Positions 9,419-21,810 of a DNA stretch of 33,090 nucleotides are shown one piece after another (position 1 is the first letter of the stretch; each line of letters starts with the position of its first letter). The notes beneath the pieces were generated by a model that saw only the letters and a list, made by a program, of their open reading frames with translations, was not told the origin of the DNA and did no database searches. Source of the DNA: Guillardia theta CCMP2712 (lineage: Eukaryota > Protista > Cryptophyta); NCBI RefSeq assembly GCF_000315625.1, contig NW_005434622.1, positions 309,057-342,146 of the forward strand, given 5' to 3'. The translations under genes and the position numbers were made by a program.

Positions 9419-11946
9419 ATGCTCGGCCTTGAGATCGGACTTCCTTTGTCTGAGAGGCACTGGTCAGTTCCACCGCCAGTCTCGGATTGTAATCATGTAA
9501 GTTAGACTGTAGATAGACAAAAACGCGCCCCAGCTGATTCAAGCCAGCCGTTGTTCACTGTCCGCTACACGGAACTTGATTTCAAAGTTTGTAATCATAG
9601 CTTTAGAGGCTTGCCAGTTGTGCTTGATCTGTTGTGTCGGAGACTGAGAGCGATGTTAACGTTGAAATGTGCCAAATTCACAGCTAGATAAACTCGCTGA
9701 GCGGCAGCTGGCTAGGGCGAACACTTACTCAAAATCTCAGCAGCAATTCACGGCAACATTGCCGGCGCAGTGCTACTGTGCCAGTGCGCATGGCGCTAGT
9801 CACGTGAAGTATTCAGTTCGCAATGCGGTGGTGTCAGTTGTCAACCTCGCTGGCAGTCCGATCGCTGCCTTAGTAACGTGTCAACTGATCGGCAGAGACG
9901 GTCAAAGTGGGATCCATGATGAGAACTCTCAGCCTTAGGGCCGACACTGGGCTCCCGCCGACTCTGAAGTAGAGCTCACAGTTGAGTCGAGAGCCTTTAA
10001 GACTGCTATTAGGTCAGTTCACCGCCCCAACTTGAGCCGGGCGATTGCTCATCGGAGTTCATGTGCACAAGAATAGGCTCCTACACAGGGTGTAAATGCA
10101 GTCCAGTCATGAACATGTTTACTGTCAGTAGAAGAATTGAGCTAGCATTCGCGATGGGAAGGTTTCTCTTCATTGGATCATCGACTGTCCTTGACTGTCC
10201 ACAGAAACATGAAAGTCTTTTTGCAAGCATTCATTCTCACACGTGATTCCCTAAAGACCTGTGAATGTTTGGCATCATGTCGAGATTTGCCAACACAGAA
10301 GCCCAGGAGAGCGGAACATGTTTTGAGAGTCTCATTTTCTTGATACTTCAATGAATTGCATCAAGTCTTCTTACATGATCCCAGTTTTACTTACTAAACA
10401 TCATTACCTGAAAGTGTCTGACAGCTCACAAACAATTCCTTCCGCGCCTAAACAAACATGACAATATCAGAGCACTACCTCAGCACTGCTCTCCTAGTTG
10501 AACACGCATCTGACTTCGCATTCTTGCTGTACAGCGTATCTTTTGTTTTTTTTTATCAAGATGATAACCCGAGGATTCAACACAGGTCGACAAGTCACTC
10601 AACCCAAGTACATTCATATCCAGCACACTCCATCAATGTGAATGAGTAATGACGCAACGATTCAGGTTCTGTCGAATCATCGCAGGTAGTGATAAGTGGC
10701 GATTGAAAAACCAGAATCAAATCGCTTGCTAGCTTTGGTCAATTCATATCTCAACCTCGGAGAATCAACCATGCCGTAGAAACATGTTGTCTGTAAGACC
10801 TTCATCAGCGCTGCTCTGAAGCATCAGTTCCATTTCTCAGAATTTTACCTGCGCGCTAATAACTGAAAATATCAACCAACTTTGGGGGGCATCAAGCGAA
10901 CAATTATGAAATTCAAAAGGGCTGTCCCATAATTGATCACTTAACTTTGATAAGTAAATATTTTTATCCGAATGAGGCGGGCCCAGTACTTGCTGTGTCG
11001 GGGGCCTCGAACCGATGGGGTTGTGACGGCACAGATTGCAAAAAGATCTCCTTTCGTAATCCCTTCATTCCTACAACGTTTTATCCTCCAATGTTTCGAT
11101 CCAAAGAATACTTATAAATACATCATAAGACATCTTTTCGGAACAGAACGAACTATTTGCGTCAGCATGCCCCCTTTGAGCCAATATCCCAAGATTCAAA
11201 TTAGAGATTTTGAATGCGAAAATATTGGAGTATATTTGAAACTTCACCAAACATTTATTTTCAAAACTGAAACACATGTTATAAAATGAGTTTTTTGACA
11301 GGTCTTATATGAACACTACCACAAAATAACTATCTTTTCGCTGGGGGCTCTCCCAAACTACTGACCTTTGATGCAATTTCAAACAAATCCCTAAGTTTTA
11401 GTAAACACACATATTTTATTTACAAAATTACAAAAGTATGGATGTAAGTAAAACATTTACGTAGTGGTTATACGATCGTAATCCTGCGGGAAGACCCCCG
11501 CCGCAATTTTCACTGTCAGCAGCGACCGCTATGGAGAGAGCGGGAGACGAACGGGGAATGGATGGGATGCGAGGTCAGGGAAGAGAAAGATAGTGGAACC
11601 AGTAGTCAATCGTGCACACCCATCACTAGGAACGTTTGAAGAGGCTGAACTCAGTTGAGAGATTCTGAAGGTGAGGCTCAGGAGAACAGCGGGGATAGCT
11701 TGAGGGCGATATCGGACTGATTTGACGAGAGCAGCGGAGGATTTCGTTTTATTGAAGGCAAAATCCAGACCTTTGGAGGAAACCAATCTACATTGGCATC
11801 ATATACGTGATTCGCACACTTTGCGCTCTGGAGCAACTGGGAATCTTTCGTCAAAATTCTTTCTCAACGATAACGCCTTTTAAAGGATAGGACTTGTTTG
11901 TTCCCTCCACATTTCTTGTTATTCATTGATACAGCTATTCTTTTCT

Positions 11947-12523
11947 ATGTCTGTCCCGAAGACCAAGGCGACCAATATGCACGTACGAATCGTCGCCTTT
12001 GTCCTGCTGTCATGCATGCTCCAACCACAATGGTGCAGCAGTACGTCGGCCAAGTGGCCCGATGGGAACGCCAGGGGAGGGAGCTCAGCGATGGTTGATT
12101 CTTTGAGGAGGAGTTGCCGGGCATGTCTGAGGTCAAACCACGTGGGTCTTAGCATGCGACTGCGAGGCGGGGAGGAGGTGAGGATGGAGCAAGTGCAGGC
12201 GGGGAGCCAGGGGGGGAACAGTCTTGCCAAGTCGAGGCTGGAGAAGATGTCCGAGCAGATCTTGTCGAGAGAGTCGAAGTATCAGTCAGACTGCAGTGTT
12301 GCAAGCAGAGACAACATTGACAGGACAAGAGACATCGTGGGGAAACACTACCATGACCACAGCCACGCCAACGCGCATCAGGTGCAGGATAAAATTGATC
12401 ATCAACCCGGTATGCATTTCTCCCTTCAATCTCCTCTGTCTCTACCCCTGCATCCGCTTCTGCGTCGTCTTCCTGCTCCTGCTCCTCCTGCTCCTCCTCC
12501 TGCTCCTCCTCCTCCTCCTCCTT

Positions 12524-12570
<47 letters not shown>

Positions 12571-13503
12571 TCTCCTGCTCCTGCTCCTGCTCCTCCTCCT
12601 TATGCTCTTTCTCTTGCTCCTGCTTCCCTTCCTGCCATTGCCCTTCCTGGCTCATTGGTGACATATGGACAATGCCAGACTACAACGACCTGCACCAGAT
12701 GTCCTGGTGCTCCCGGTCGTCAGATGCCTCACAGAACGAGATGGGGCTGACGAGCAACCCGGTGAGCTGAGGATGTGCCGCTGCTGCCTGCCTGACTTTT
12801 ACTCCTCAGGAGCAGAAGGTGGGGATGGAGACACTGCGGCTGGAGCGGGGGGTGTCTTTCGAGGTAAGAGGACAGGGAGACTTCAAGGGAGGCTGACGGC
12901 TGCCACAGGAAGAGGAGGTGGAGTTGAAGCAGACGCCAGCGGAGGAGCAGGCAGTCCTGCAGCAGCCCACCCATGTAAGGCGCCCAACCTGGTCTCCTCC
13001 TCGGTACTCATGCTGCTGGCGCAGGTGTGCGGGGTCTGCGGCTGCGGCATCGATGGCATGCTATGGGTTATGGCGGGGAATGAGCGGCACTGCTCTTTCA
13101 AGGTGCTTCCTCCTGCAGCGTGCTGGACCTTCCCCTCCTCACTTGCTTTCTTTACGCTAAACCCTTCTTTCTTCTCTCCCCTTCCCTTCCTCCCCTCCTC
13201 CTCCTCTTCTCCTTCTCCACGTCCCTCTTCTGTTGCTCACTCTCATGTACCACGTTGGCTCTCTCTGACCCTCGTCTCAGTGCGCGGGGATATCTGCCAT
13301 GCACGCAATCAGGCAGGTGGAGTACGTGGACGGGAGGCTGGATGGCGACAGGTAAAACCGACAAGAGGAAGAAGTGGGGAAGGGAAGAGGGAGGGGGGAA
13401 AGGGCAGTGGAGGAGGAGGAGGAGGAGGAGGCGGCGGCGGGAAGTGACGTTGTGGATTTTCAGCCCGAGCGTTCTGTTCAGATCGCTGGACATTGAAGAA
13501 TGA
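11947..13503 (+). CDS. Multi-exon protein with signal peptide, MRLRGG motif and C-terminal FCS/FLZ-like (TRASH-type) Cys4 finger
   Basis: Exon 1 (11947 or 11977 to 12409) encodes MHVRIVAFVLLSCMLQPQWCSS...LSMRLRGG. Short exons follow at 12679-12974, then 13025-13102, 13281-13351 and 13482-13503, giving CGVCGCGIDGMLWVMAGNERHCSFK/CAG...RSLDIEE*. Confidence 0.6.
12471..12600 (+). repeat. (CTCCTG/CTC)n intronic microsatellite
   Basis: Tandem gctcct units within the intron after the donor at 12410. It explains the spurious PAPAPA, poly-Leu and EQEQ ORFs. Confidence 0.9.
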
Positions 13504-13826
13504 AGTGGGAGGAGGCAAGTCGTCAGGATATGATCAGATCCTCAGATTTGAGCATTCCGACGCTGCTGTCTCGCATTCTTTCTTTTGTACTTTATATCTC
13601 TTCAAGAAAAAGGTTACGTCACAATCAGTTGCGTCAAACGAGCTTTTGAACAACCCTGCAGTCTGCATACTCCCTACTCCCCTTGTTCTCCGCTCCCTCC
13701 TGATCTCCGAACTCAGCTCTTTGGTGTATCTTCCTCTGAAAACCAAAACCAAGCACGGAGACACGGCAGGGAACATTCTTTCACGCTTCCGCTCCCCGTC
13801 TCTTGCTCTCTCTTCTCCGTCCCTGT

Positions 13827-14941
13827 TCATTTCCCCCTCTTCGCATCGTACTTGGCATACGCATACAGAGCTGCTCCTGCTGTTGACACTCCGATCCCCA
13901 CGAAGCCCTCCTCCACAAAGTTCACCTTGCCGAACCACAAGAAGCCGATCCACGTCTGCACGAGCCCCTTCAGCTGCCCCATCACCGACAGCGTCAGCCC
14001 AGAGCAGCGGCTGGTGAGCACGGTAGCAGCGAAGAGGAAGACAGCGCTGAGGAGCGAGAAGAGAGCAAGGGAGGAGAGGAACCAGGGCTTCTGCCATGCA
14101 GCATGATGCACGAGGCCGCGATCGAAGATGAAGGTCCCCACGAGGAGGGGGGCTGTGGTGATGATGCTGTTGAAGTAGTTGAGCTCTACCTCGGAGAAAC
14201 CGGCGTCGTTGAAGTGAGAGACGCTGATGAGGTAGAGCGCCTGCGTTGCGCTCGCAGCGAAGCCAACAGCATAGGAGGAGAACTTGAAGTCCATGTCTCC
14301 CCTCGCCACCATGAGGGGCCCAGCCAGGAGGAGGAAGACCGCGCAAATGACCATGGCAGACTGCCGCTTGCCTCGCAGGAGGAAGTCGAAGACGAGGACG
14401 TAGATCGGAGTCAGGCGCTTGATGCTCGTGTAGGCGGGGATGGTGAGCAGGCGGACGGCGAGGAGGCCCGTGGTGACGTTGAGGAGGTAGAAGCAGGAGA
14501 GAGGAACGAGCTTCCTGAGAGCATGCAGAGAGAAGGTCGGGGTGATGGGGAAGACTTGCACCAGGAAGATGGTGGTGAGGGCCTGGAGGAGGAGGAGGAA
14601 GGAGGTGAAGGAGAAGTCGAAGTTGCTCACGACCAGCTTGTTGGTTGCGACCATGGCGATGGAGGTGGTGCAGTAGAAAACAGCATAGACGAGCGAGAGG
14701 ATCGCCTGAGGAGTGCCGGTCTTGTCTGAGCTCCTCTCTGTTTCGCTGTGAAGATGAACAACTTGGACATGCTGCGCTTCATGGTTGCCCTGCTCATCGT
14801 CATCCTTAGTATGTCCTCCTCCTCCACCTCCTCCTCCTTCCTCCTCCTCCTCCTCCTCCCTCCTCCTCCTCCTCCCTCCTCCTCCTCCTCCTCCTCCTCC
14901 CATGAAAGTCCCGAAAGGACATCACCTTACCTCATGAACAT
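13827..14941 (-). CDS. Nucleotide-sugar transporter, SLC35D/GONST-like (DMT/TPT superfamily)
   Basis: Micro-exon 14941-14931 (MFM) plus exon 14745-13827. Motifs YCTTSIAMVATNKLVVS, LLLLQAL, LTIPAYTSIKRLTP, ELNYFNS, CSGLTLSVMGQLK, GAALYAYAK; about 10 TM helices. Confidence 0.9.
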
Positions 14942-15621
14942 GTACGCAGACCTCTCGAGCTCGTCTCTCCCCTGACGTCACCACACTCGACTCGTCCTCC
15001 ACTGGCTTCATTGCGTGCTGCTTGCCTTGTTTCATTGACTCCCGAGGTGGCAGACCGAGCTTGAGTCTCCAGTATCGCAACATCACTTTGATCTCATCCC
15101 CTCCTCCGTGTTCTTCCTCCTCCTCCCTGACTCCTCCTCCTCCTCTCTCCTCTCTCCTCTCTCCTCTCTCCTCTCTTCTCTCTCCTCTCTCTCCCTCCTC
15201 CTCCCTTCTTCACCTCTGACTCTCCCCCTCTCCCGCACCCCCCACCAGACCCAGCTGTCCCTGTGCATGAACTTGAGGGTCAGGTGTATAGGTTATTTAC
15301 CTTTATCTTAATTGAGAGATTCAAGACCTTGACTACCCATCCTTCCCCTTCTCAGTCCGAAACATGTTTCCGGAGTGGAATTCAGGGTAGAGAGAGATCC
15401 TGGAGATGGGAGGAGAGTGTGGGCGAAGGGAGGGATGGAGGGATGGAGGGATGGAGGGAGGGAGGGAGGGAGGGAGGGAGGGACGGAGGGACGGAGGGAG
15501 AGTGGGAGGATGGAGGGACGGAGGGAGGAGAGAGGAAGGGAAGGGGAGGCAAGAGAAGGAGGGTCCGTGGAGCTGGAGGGAGGAGACGTGAATGTGCTTG
15601 ACAATGAATGTGTTTTCTCAG

Positions 15622-16343
15622 TCGTTCGACGGACCCGAAACCTCTGCGACACGTTGGATGAAGAGGGAGAAGAAGAAAGAGAAGAAGGACAAGAAGGAAA
15701 AAAGGACAAGAAAGAGAAGAAGGACAAGAAGGACAAGAAGGACAAGAAGGACAAGAAAGAGAAGAAGACAGATAGAGCAAGGGTACAAGATGATGAGGTT
15801 TTTGTTAATCCGGCATGCACGGTTGATCACTGACAGCACGACGTTTGCAGGTCAACATTGCAGCCAAGAGGCAGAAAACTTCGCCTGGAGATGCCGCAGC
15901 GGAGCGCCAGCGATCGGAGCAGGAGAGGATCGTGAAGGTTCAGGAGCAGCAAACTAGAGCAGAGAAACGGAGGATGCTCGCTCCCATGACGCAGGTTCCC
16001 TTCCTCTCCTCCCTCTCCTCCCTCCCTCCCTTTTGCACCGCGTGTCTCTCATCTGCCAGCCTCACCCCCCGCCACGCCTCTCTTCTCGACATCCCGATCT
16101 TGATGTGAGTTTTTCCTCAGAGTCAAGCGGAGGAGGCGAACAGCAGAGTTGAGCGAGTCTGGGATGACGACACCGGTAGCTGCCTGCTGTCTCCATTGGC
16201 GCGACTGAGAGCGGGCAGGGCGGTGGAGACTCGTAAGAGGAGGAGGAGAAGTTTTGGAGCAGATCGTGACGGCGAGCGAGCATCGCACCATCAACAAGCA
16301 GGCGACTGGCTGGATCTCAAGGATCAACGCACGGAGCTTCTGA
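15622..16343 (+). CDS. ARL6IP4: ARL6IP4 / SR-25 nuclear splicing-associated protein; 5' end uncertain
   Basis: KKD/KKE-rich exon, then spliced exons giving RRMLAPMTQ...[42 protein letters not shown], matching the SR-25 consensus APMT..E...RQS.IR.V.DP.TGR.RLIKGDGEVLEEIV...RH..IN.QAT. TGA at 16341-16343. Confidence 0.85.
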
Positions 16344-16570
16344 GAATGCAAAGAAGTCTGGCTAACAAGGTTATAATACCCGCGTATCATACTCGCATAA
16401 TCCTTCTCCCTCTCCCTCTCTCTCCCTCTCCTTCTTCTTCCTCCTCCTCATCTTCCTCCTCCTCCCCATCTCGCCCCTTGTGAGCTAACCTCTTCCGCCC
16501 TCCTCAAACTTCTCTTCCACTGCCGTGACCTTTCTCCCGCACCTCCACCTCCTCGAGTGCTTTCTATCGT

Positions 16571-19500
16571 CTACCCTGCTAGTTTGGACTTGTTGACAGC
16601 GCGGGCCTCCTCCTCGTCTCCTGAAGGGCTCGAGTCAAGGTCGTCTGTGGCACCGTCAGCATCTCAGTGCCTCCTTCATCCTCGTGCTACCAGGAGAGTA
16701 CTCGCCATCAATAGGAGTCGGCATGGAGGACAGCATCTGCAAGATCCGTCAGGCGGGGGGGAGAGGAGGAGGGAAGCTCACGTTGGTGAGGTTGGAGTAG
16801 GGATGCGCGGAGACGGAGATCACTCTTCTCTCGTCTGCTGCTGTCACCATCTGCCACATGGTCATGACAGGGTGGGAGGGAGCGCGCGAGGGAGAAGGGG
16901 AGGACACGGCAAGAGGAGCGAGCGACCAGAGGTGGAGGTATTGGAGGTCATGACAAGAACTCACCACTTTCCATCCATCGAAGACGTAGGGTTCAGTCTC
17001 GTCCTTGGGGTTCCCCTGGAACCAAGATGAACAAAAGAGTCGGAATGAGAGGATGTCTTCAAGGGAGGAGAAGAAACGGCGGCGAGGGCACGGGGGAAAG
17101 GGGTAGAGAGAGTACCTTTGGCATGGTCTTGGAGAGGAGGATCTCGGTTCCAATCGCTGGAATGCAGCCAGCCTGCAATATGTCAGAGCTGTTCTGAATT
17201 TGAATTGCGTGATGGTGAAAGCAGGAGACAGAGTCAGCAGGGCGGGAGGAAAGGGAGGGACCTTATGGCACAGGTATCCAGACAGGGTTGCGAACTCGAT
17301 CAAGTCCTTCTCGCCAACCTCGATCTGTGTATGCATCAGCATCAGCATCAGCGCCCTTTCCTACTCTCTCTTCCTCCCCCTCCCCTCCCTCCTTGTCAAC
17401 CTGAAGTGCCTTGATCGTCTCCTCAAGGTCTGCAGATCCTTCTATGGTGAAACTGCCATCCGTCTCCTTGTAGATCGAGCTCTGAGCAGCTACGATTACA
17501 TCCCACAGACTCCCCTGTAACATTCGCACCTGCTCCTTGACGAGCTCTTCGATGTCGTCCTCGTCGTAGATCTCTCCGATCACCTTACCATCGATCACTC
17601 CTTATCCTGTCACTTACCACAATCTACACTCTACTCTCCCTCTCTCTGCCGCGGGTTCCCCTTCTTCCCACCCTGCTGCTGCTCCTCCTCCTCCCTCCTC
17701 CTCTTCCTCTTCCCACCCATCTCCCCCCATCGCACCCATCGCATACCTCTTCAAGGATGTCTTCCATGGTAACTATCCCTGCGGTACCCCTGGGAGCAAG
17801 TGAGAGGAGGGCGAGGACGCTGGCGGATCAATCACCCGTACTCATCCACCACTATAGCCATGTGGACTCTGCGCAGCCTCATCTCCTCCAGCGCATTCCA
17901 CACCTACAACCGTCGAGTCAAAGTCTTCGCCTTCCATATCCTCGCTGATTCTCTTGGAAAAGACAAAACTATTCCTCTGCTCCACACGCATTCGGGCGAT
18001 TGAGAAGGAGATGCATTTCAGTCTCGCCTGCCCCCGTCTCCAGGCATGCACGCACTCTGATCAGCCCTCTGTCTCACCGTCATCGACTCAGGCACATAGT
18101 ACGCAGGATCCATGATGTCGGCAACAGTACTGCGAAAAGTTATCACCAAGCGCCCATCCTACTTGCCTCCATCCTGCTCTTCTCTTTCTGTACCTGTGTT
18201 GAATTCCCTCCACCCATCCGGGCTTGTCCAGGTAATCGATCAAACTCTTTGCAAGAACCATTCCAATTATATTGTCGATGTTGTCGTCGTAGACAGGAAT
18301 TCTGCTGTATCCGCTCTCCGACACAGCTTTCTGCACATGCCAAGCAAGCAACATGCATCAGCGATGATGTTCAAAAGAACAAGAGGCTTCGGGTCACCAC
18401 AAACGTTCGGATGCTTGTAGATGCTTCCACCGCCACGACTTCAACCCTGCACATCTCCCGTTAATCGTCCAAAACTACACGTCGCATTCACCTTGGCTTC
18501 ATGATGGCTGTCACAAGAGTATCTTGCAAGTCCAACACACTCTCTGTTGAGAACTTCCAATGTCAGCAATGAGTCCGCATTGTCATCATCTGCTCTTTCC
18601 TATCATGTCTTGCTCCTCCGTTCGGATTTCCCCGCTGATTTTGGCGCCCATCACTCTAAAAAATCGAGTCAAAACCTACTCGTTCGAACCGTGGTTCTTC
18701 TCACATCATCCTTAGCTCTTCTTCGCTTACGTTGTTCTCTTCTGACTCCGTCACGCCCATCAGACTGAGGACAACTTTCGACGTGATCTGCAAATCCTTG
18801 ATGATGAAATTGGACAACCGAGCAAACTGACCTGCATCAACTTGCCCACGGGATACACCAGCATTGCGATCACATTGATAGCTGGTACCATGATCCGTGC
18901 AACTCTCTCTGCCTGCGCTACAGCAAGGGCCTTTGGCATAATCTCACCTAGAGATACAAAACGCGCACCCAAGTGTCAGCTACCACGACCCATTGCTGCT
19001 GATTACACTCACCGAACACCAACGTTACAACAGTCAGCCATATCGTTACAATGGTCATCATCTTGTCTCCTCCATATTGTGCTGCCTAATATTGGAATCA
19101 ACCACTCCATCGCACCGCAAAAAAGCGTTTACCATCTCAGCTGCCAAAGCAGCAGAGTATATTGTACAAGTCGTGGTGCCGATTAAGATGGCTGTTAAGA
19201 ATTTTGTGATGTCCCTTTCAAGCAACTTGAAAGGAGATTTTTCTCCTTCTTCTTCAGCAATCTTCTTCACCTGGCATATCATATAAGTATCAATCTTTCT
19301 GTCTGCGTCATAAGGACCTTCCAGGGCCACAGGGTCGTGATGGCTGTTTCAGCACCAGCGAGACAAGCAGATGTAATGATCAAACATCCAAGGAGACAAA
19401 GTTTCCATAGGGGTGGCATCACTCCCGTCGCCTCCTGCATGCTTGCACCGGCACTGACCTGCATATGTTGTAAGAAGTTGCATCACGAGCTCCAAGAGCT

Positions 19501-19979
19501 ACCATATGTGCCATCGCTTGATGTGCCATCGCTGCAACCATTGCAACAAACACCAACCCCGCACGAAAGAAAATCTTAAGCATGTACATCAGGAGATTCT
19601 TGGAGCTCTTTTCCTTCGGTAATGAAATTGCCTCCTTTCGCAAAGCGCATAGATTCCTTCCCAAAGCTTGCATGCCTTGTACCTGACGTATACCATTGCG
19701 AAAGGACCCGTGTCTTCCTGGTGCAACTGGTTTGATTCTTGGAAAGTGCTTTGCATTTGACCTCAGCTTTGCACTCTGAAGCGGGGCCAAAGGATAACCT
19801 TCACTCGAGCTGCACATGCGGAAATCGCTCATGCGCCTGGTTGGCGAAGAGCGGAGGGAACATTTGACCGCGTCAAATTGAATCAGGACAGGCTGGAACG
19901 CCATGGAAGAAGCGAAGAGCAGCGAGGAAGACACTATGAAGGCTCTTATCATCATGGACTGCATACATATAGAGAACAT
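16571..19979 (-). CDS. Plastid-targeted CNNM/CorB (DUF21 + CBS pair + CorC_HlyC) Mg2+/Co2+ transporter-like protein; many exons
   Basis: Leader MMIRAFIVSSSLLFASSMA-FQPV (signal peptide + Phe). DUF21 motifs AGAETAITTLWPWKV, TKFLTAILIGTT, GEIMPKALAV. CBS motifs SGYSRIPVYDDNIDNIIGMVLAKSL, YYVPESM, GGTAGIVTMEDILEE. Also GEIYDEDD and CorC_HlyC (FATLSGYLCH, AADERRV). Similar to plant chloroplast CBSDUFCH-type proteins. Confidence 0.9.
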
Positions 19980-20549
19980 CTTTGTCAGCGCGACAAAGCG
20001 TTTGCACTTCGATCAAGACCGCATCGATTCCCTCAATTGCACACTGAAGGATAAACAGCGTTCGTAAGATGATCAAAGATCATGCAAACTGATCCAAACT
20101 ACTCCCTGTAGCTGTAACCGAACTGTAACCTGCAACAACACTAACAGATCAACACCTCGAATAGCACATAACATGGAGCTGCATAAATCTCATGCCATAT
20201 GTTCACAGAAAATTGCAAGAAAACGACCGAAGAAACTGCAAAACAAGTAGAAGAAACATCTCATCAAAAGCCAATGCAATCAGCTTTCTGCCTAGAAGTG
20301 AGCAGGCGAGCGGGTAACGGGGAAGAGGATGATGATGTATGATTGGACGTAACTACAAAATGAAGCATGCTGAGCGTGTTCACAGCAACAAGGTCAACGA
20401 ACAGCAACCATGGACTATGACGGGGGGACATGCGGAAGATGGAAAGAGGAGGGCGCTTGCATTGAGCATGGACGGGAGAGAGGAGGAGGGAGGGGTATCT
20501 CCTCCTCTTACTCATACAGCAAGACAGCGCGAGCATACGGACCTTGATG

Positions 20550-21810
20550 CCGGTACCCCACCCCTCATAGATCCCGGGGAGCTGTACTATAACCCCACGA
20601 TTCTGGCGCCCCTACCCCGCTGGGCCTTGCACATAGATTTTATTTGTATTGGTCTATACTTTTCTGACAAAGTTTTAAATTTGATAAGAGGAATTTACAA
20701 CCTTTTTTCAACAGAATTGAATTTTAAAGTAGAGCCCTTCTTTTCCCCAAAAACGTTTCAACTACGGGTACGTCTACAGGACCATCCCTACCCCCACCCC
20801 TTGTTTGAAAGGCACCAGCCAAGGGAGGCCGAGGAAGAAGGTGTAGGTGGGGGTAGAGCGAAGTTAGTAGTCGCTGCCTTCCTGTTGTCTACTAAATGAT
20901 TCATTAGTGCAAGGCTGCTGCCCAAGGATTGAAGGGCGACCGCCGGGCGGCCGCCGGGCCGGCCGGGCCGCGGCTACCATACTCAGTGACTGGCAGGACC
21001 ACTGATCGGACTGGGGCCTACCGTGACCCCCACCCGGGGGCCTTACGGTTTGAACTGTGAACTTCGGAAAGGCACCGGGGTGACCGGCTCAAAGGCGCAG
21101 GGGTAACCGTGAGTGGCCCGGCGGGCCGGGCCGCGGTCGCGGCGGTCGGACCGGCCCGGCCCGGACCGCCGGCCTGCCGGAACCGTTCGTTTCAGTGCCG
21201 GGCCCGCCAGGGCCGGGGGGACGGCGGACGGTGCCGGACCGGCGTCCGACCGTGTCGGTCACGCCGTACTGAACCCGGTTGAATTGTGACTTAGCACTCA
21301 AGCAGCCTGGCCCGGACCCTGCCGATGAGCCGGGCCGGGGCCGGGCGGCCGGGCCGGGCCGCGGTCCGATCCGAGTACGGTCAGTCCGACACTGTGGTTC
21401 CGAAGTTCTGGCCGCCGTGACACGGACCCGGCCGTACGCCAGGACTCGGAGTTCCCGGTTCCGCTTCCGGGGCCGGCCAAAGAGCCTGGCTCCACCGGGG
21501 AGTCCGCGCGGACATGTCGGCCGCTCGGATACATGTCAGGCTCGGATACATGTCATCTTGAGCACGGGAGCTCTTACATTGTAACTTAGTACGATTACCG
21601 GTCTAACTGCGTCTTGAGATTTCATGTAGAGTTATTCTGACTACCCCTTCATTCTCCTAGAAATACAAGCATTCTGGACCCCTCCAAGAAGGCTACCTAC
21701 CCCTGTAATTTCCCAATCCCTCCCATTAGCCAGTCACTGAGAACAATCAGACCTCGACATATCTCGTACCCCTACTTAATTGGGATGAAGAGGGGGTAGT
21801 AATTCTGTAA
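20550..21810. repeat. Putative interspersed repeat or non-autonomous element: CCGG-saturated GC-rich core (~20935-21560) with CTACCCC-box flanks
   Basis: Abrupt compositional shift. GGCCGGGCCGCGG occurs at 20961, 21124 and 21352; a direct repeat GCTCGGATACATGTCA at 21523 and 21540; CTACCCC/GGGGTAG boxes on both flanks. No recognisable coding motif. Confidence 0.45.

Noticed and set aside
11529-11786. Possible non-LTR retrotransposon relic
   Set aside because: No RT or endonuclease motif is identifiable.
12149-12750. PAPAPA, poly-Leu and EQEQ ORFs
   Set aside because: These are translations of the intronic (CTCCTG)n tract.
14103-14729. 208-aa acidic + strand ORF
   Set aside because: Antisense shadow of the GC3-rich nucleotide-sugar transporter CDS.
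20339-20899. 186-aa ORF as a gene
   Set aside because: No recognisable motif; it straddles the compositional boundary of the putative repeat element.
20552-21800. Terminal inverted repeats for the GC-rich element
   Set aside because: Only a loose ACCCC(C)TC...ATCCC similarity between the ends, too weak to call TIRs.
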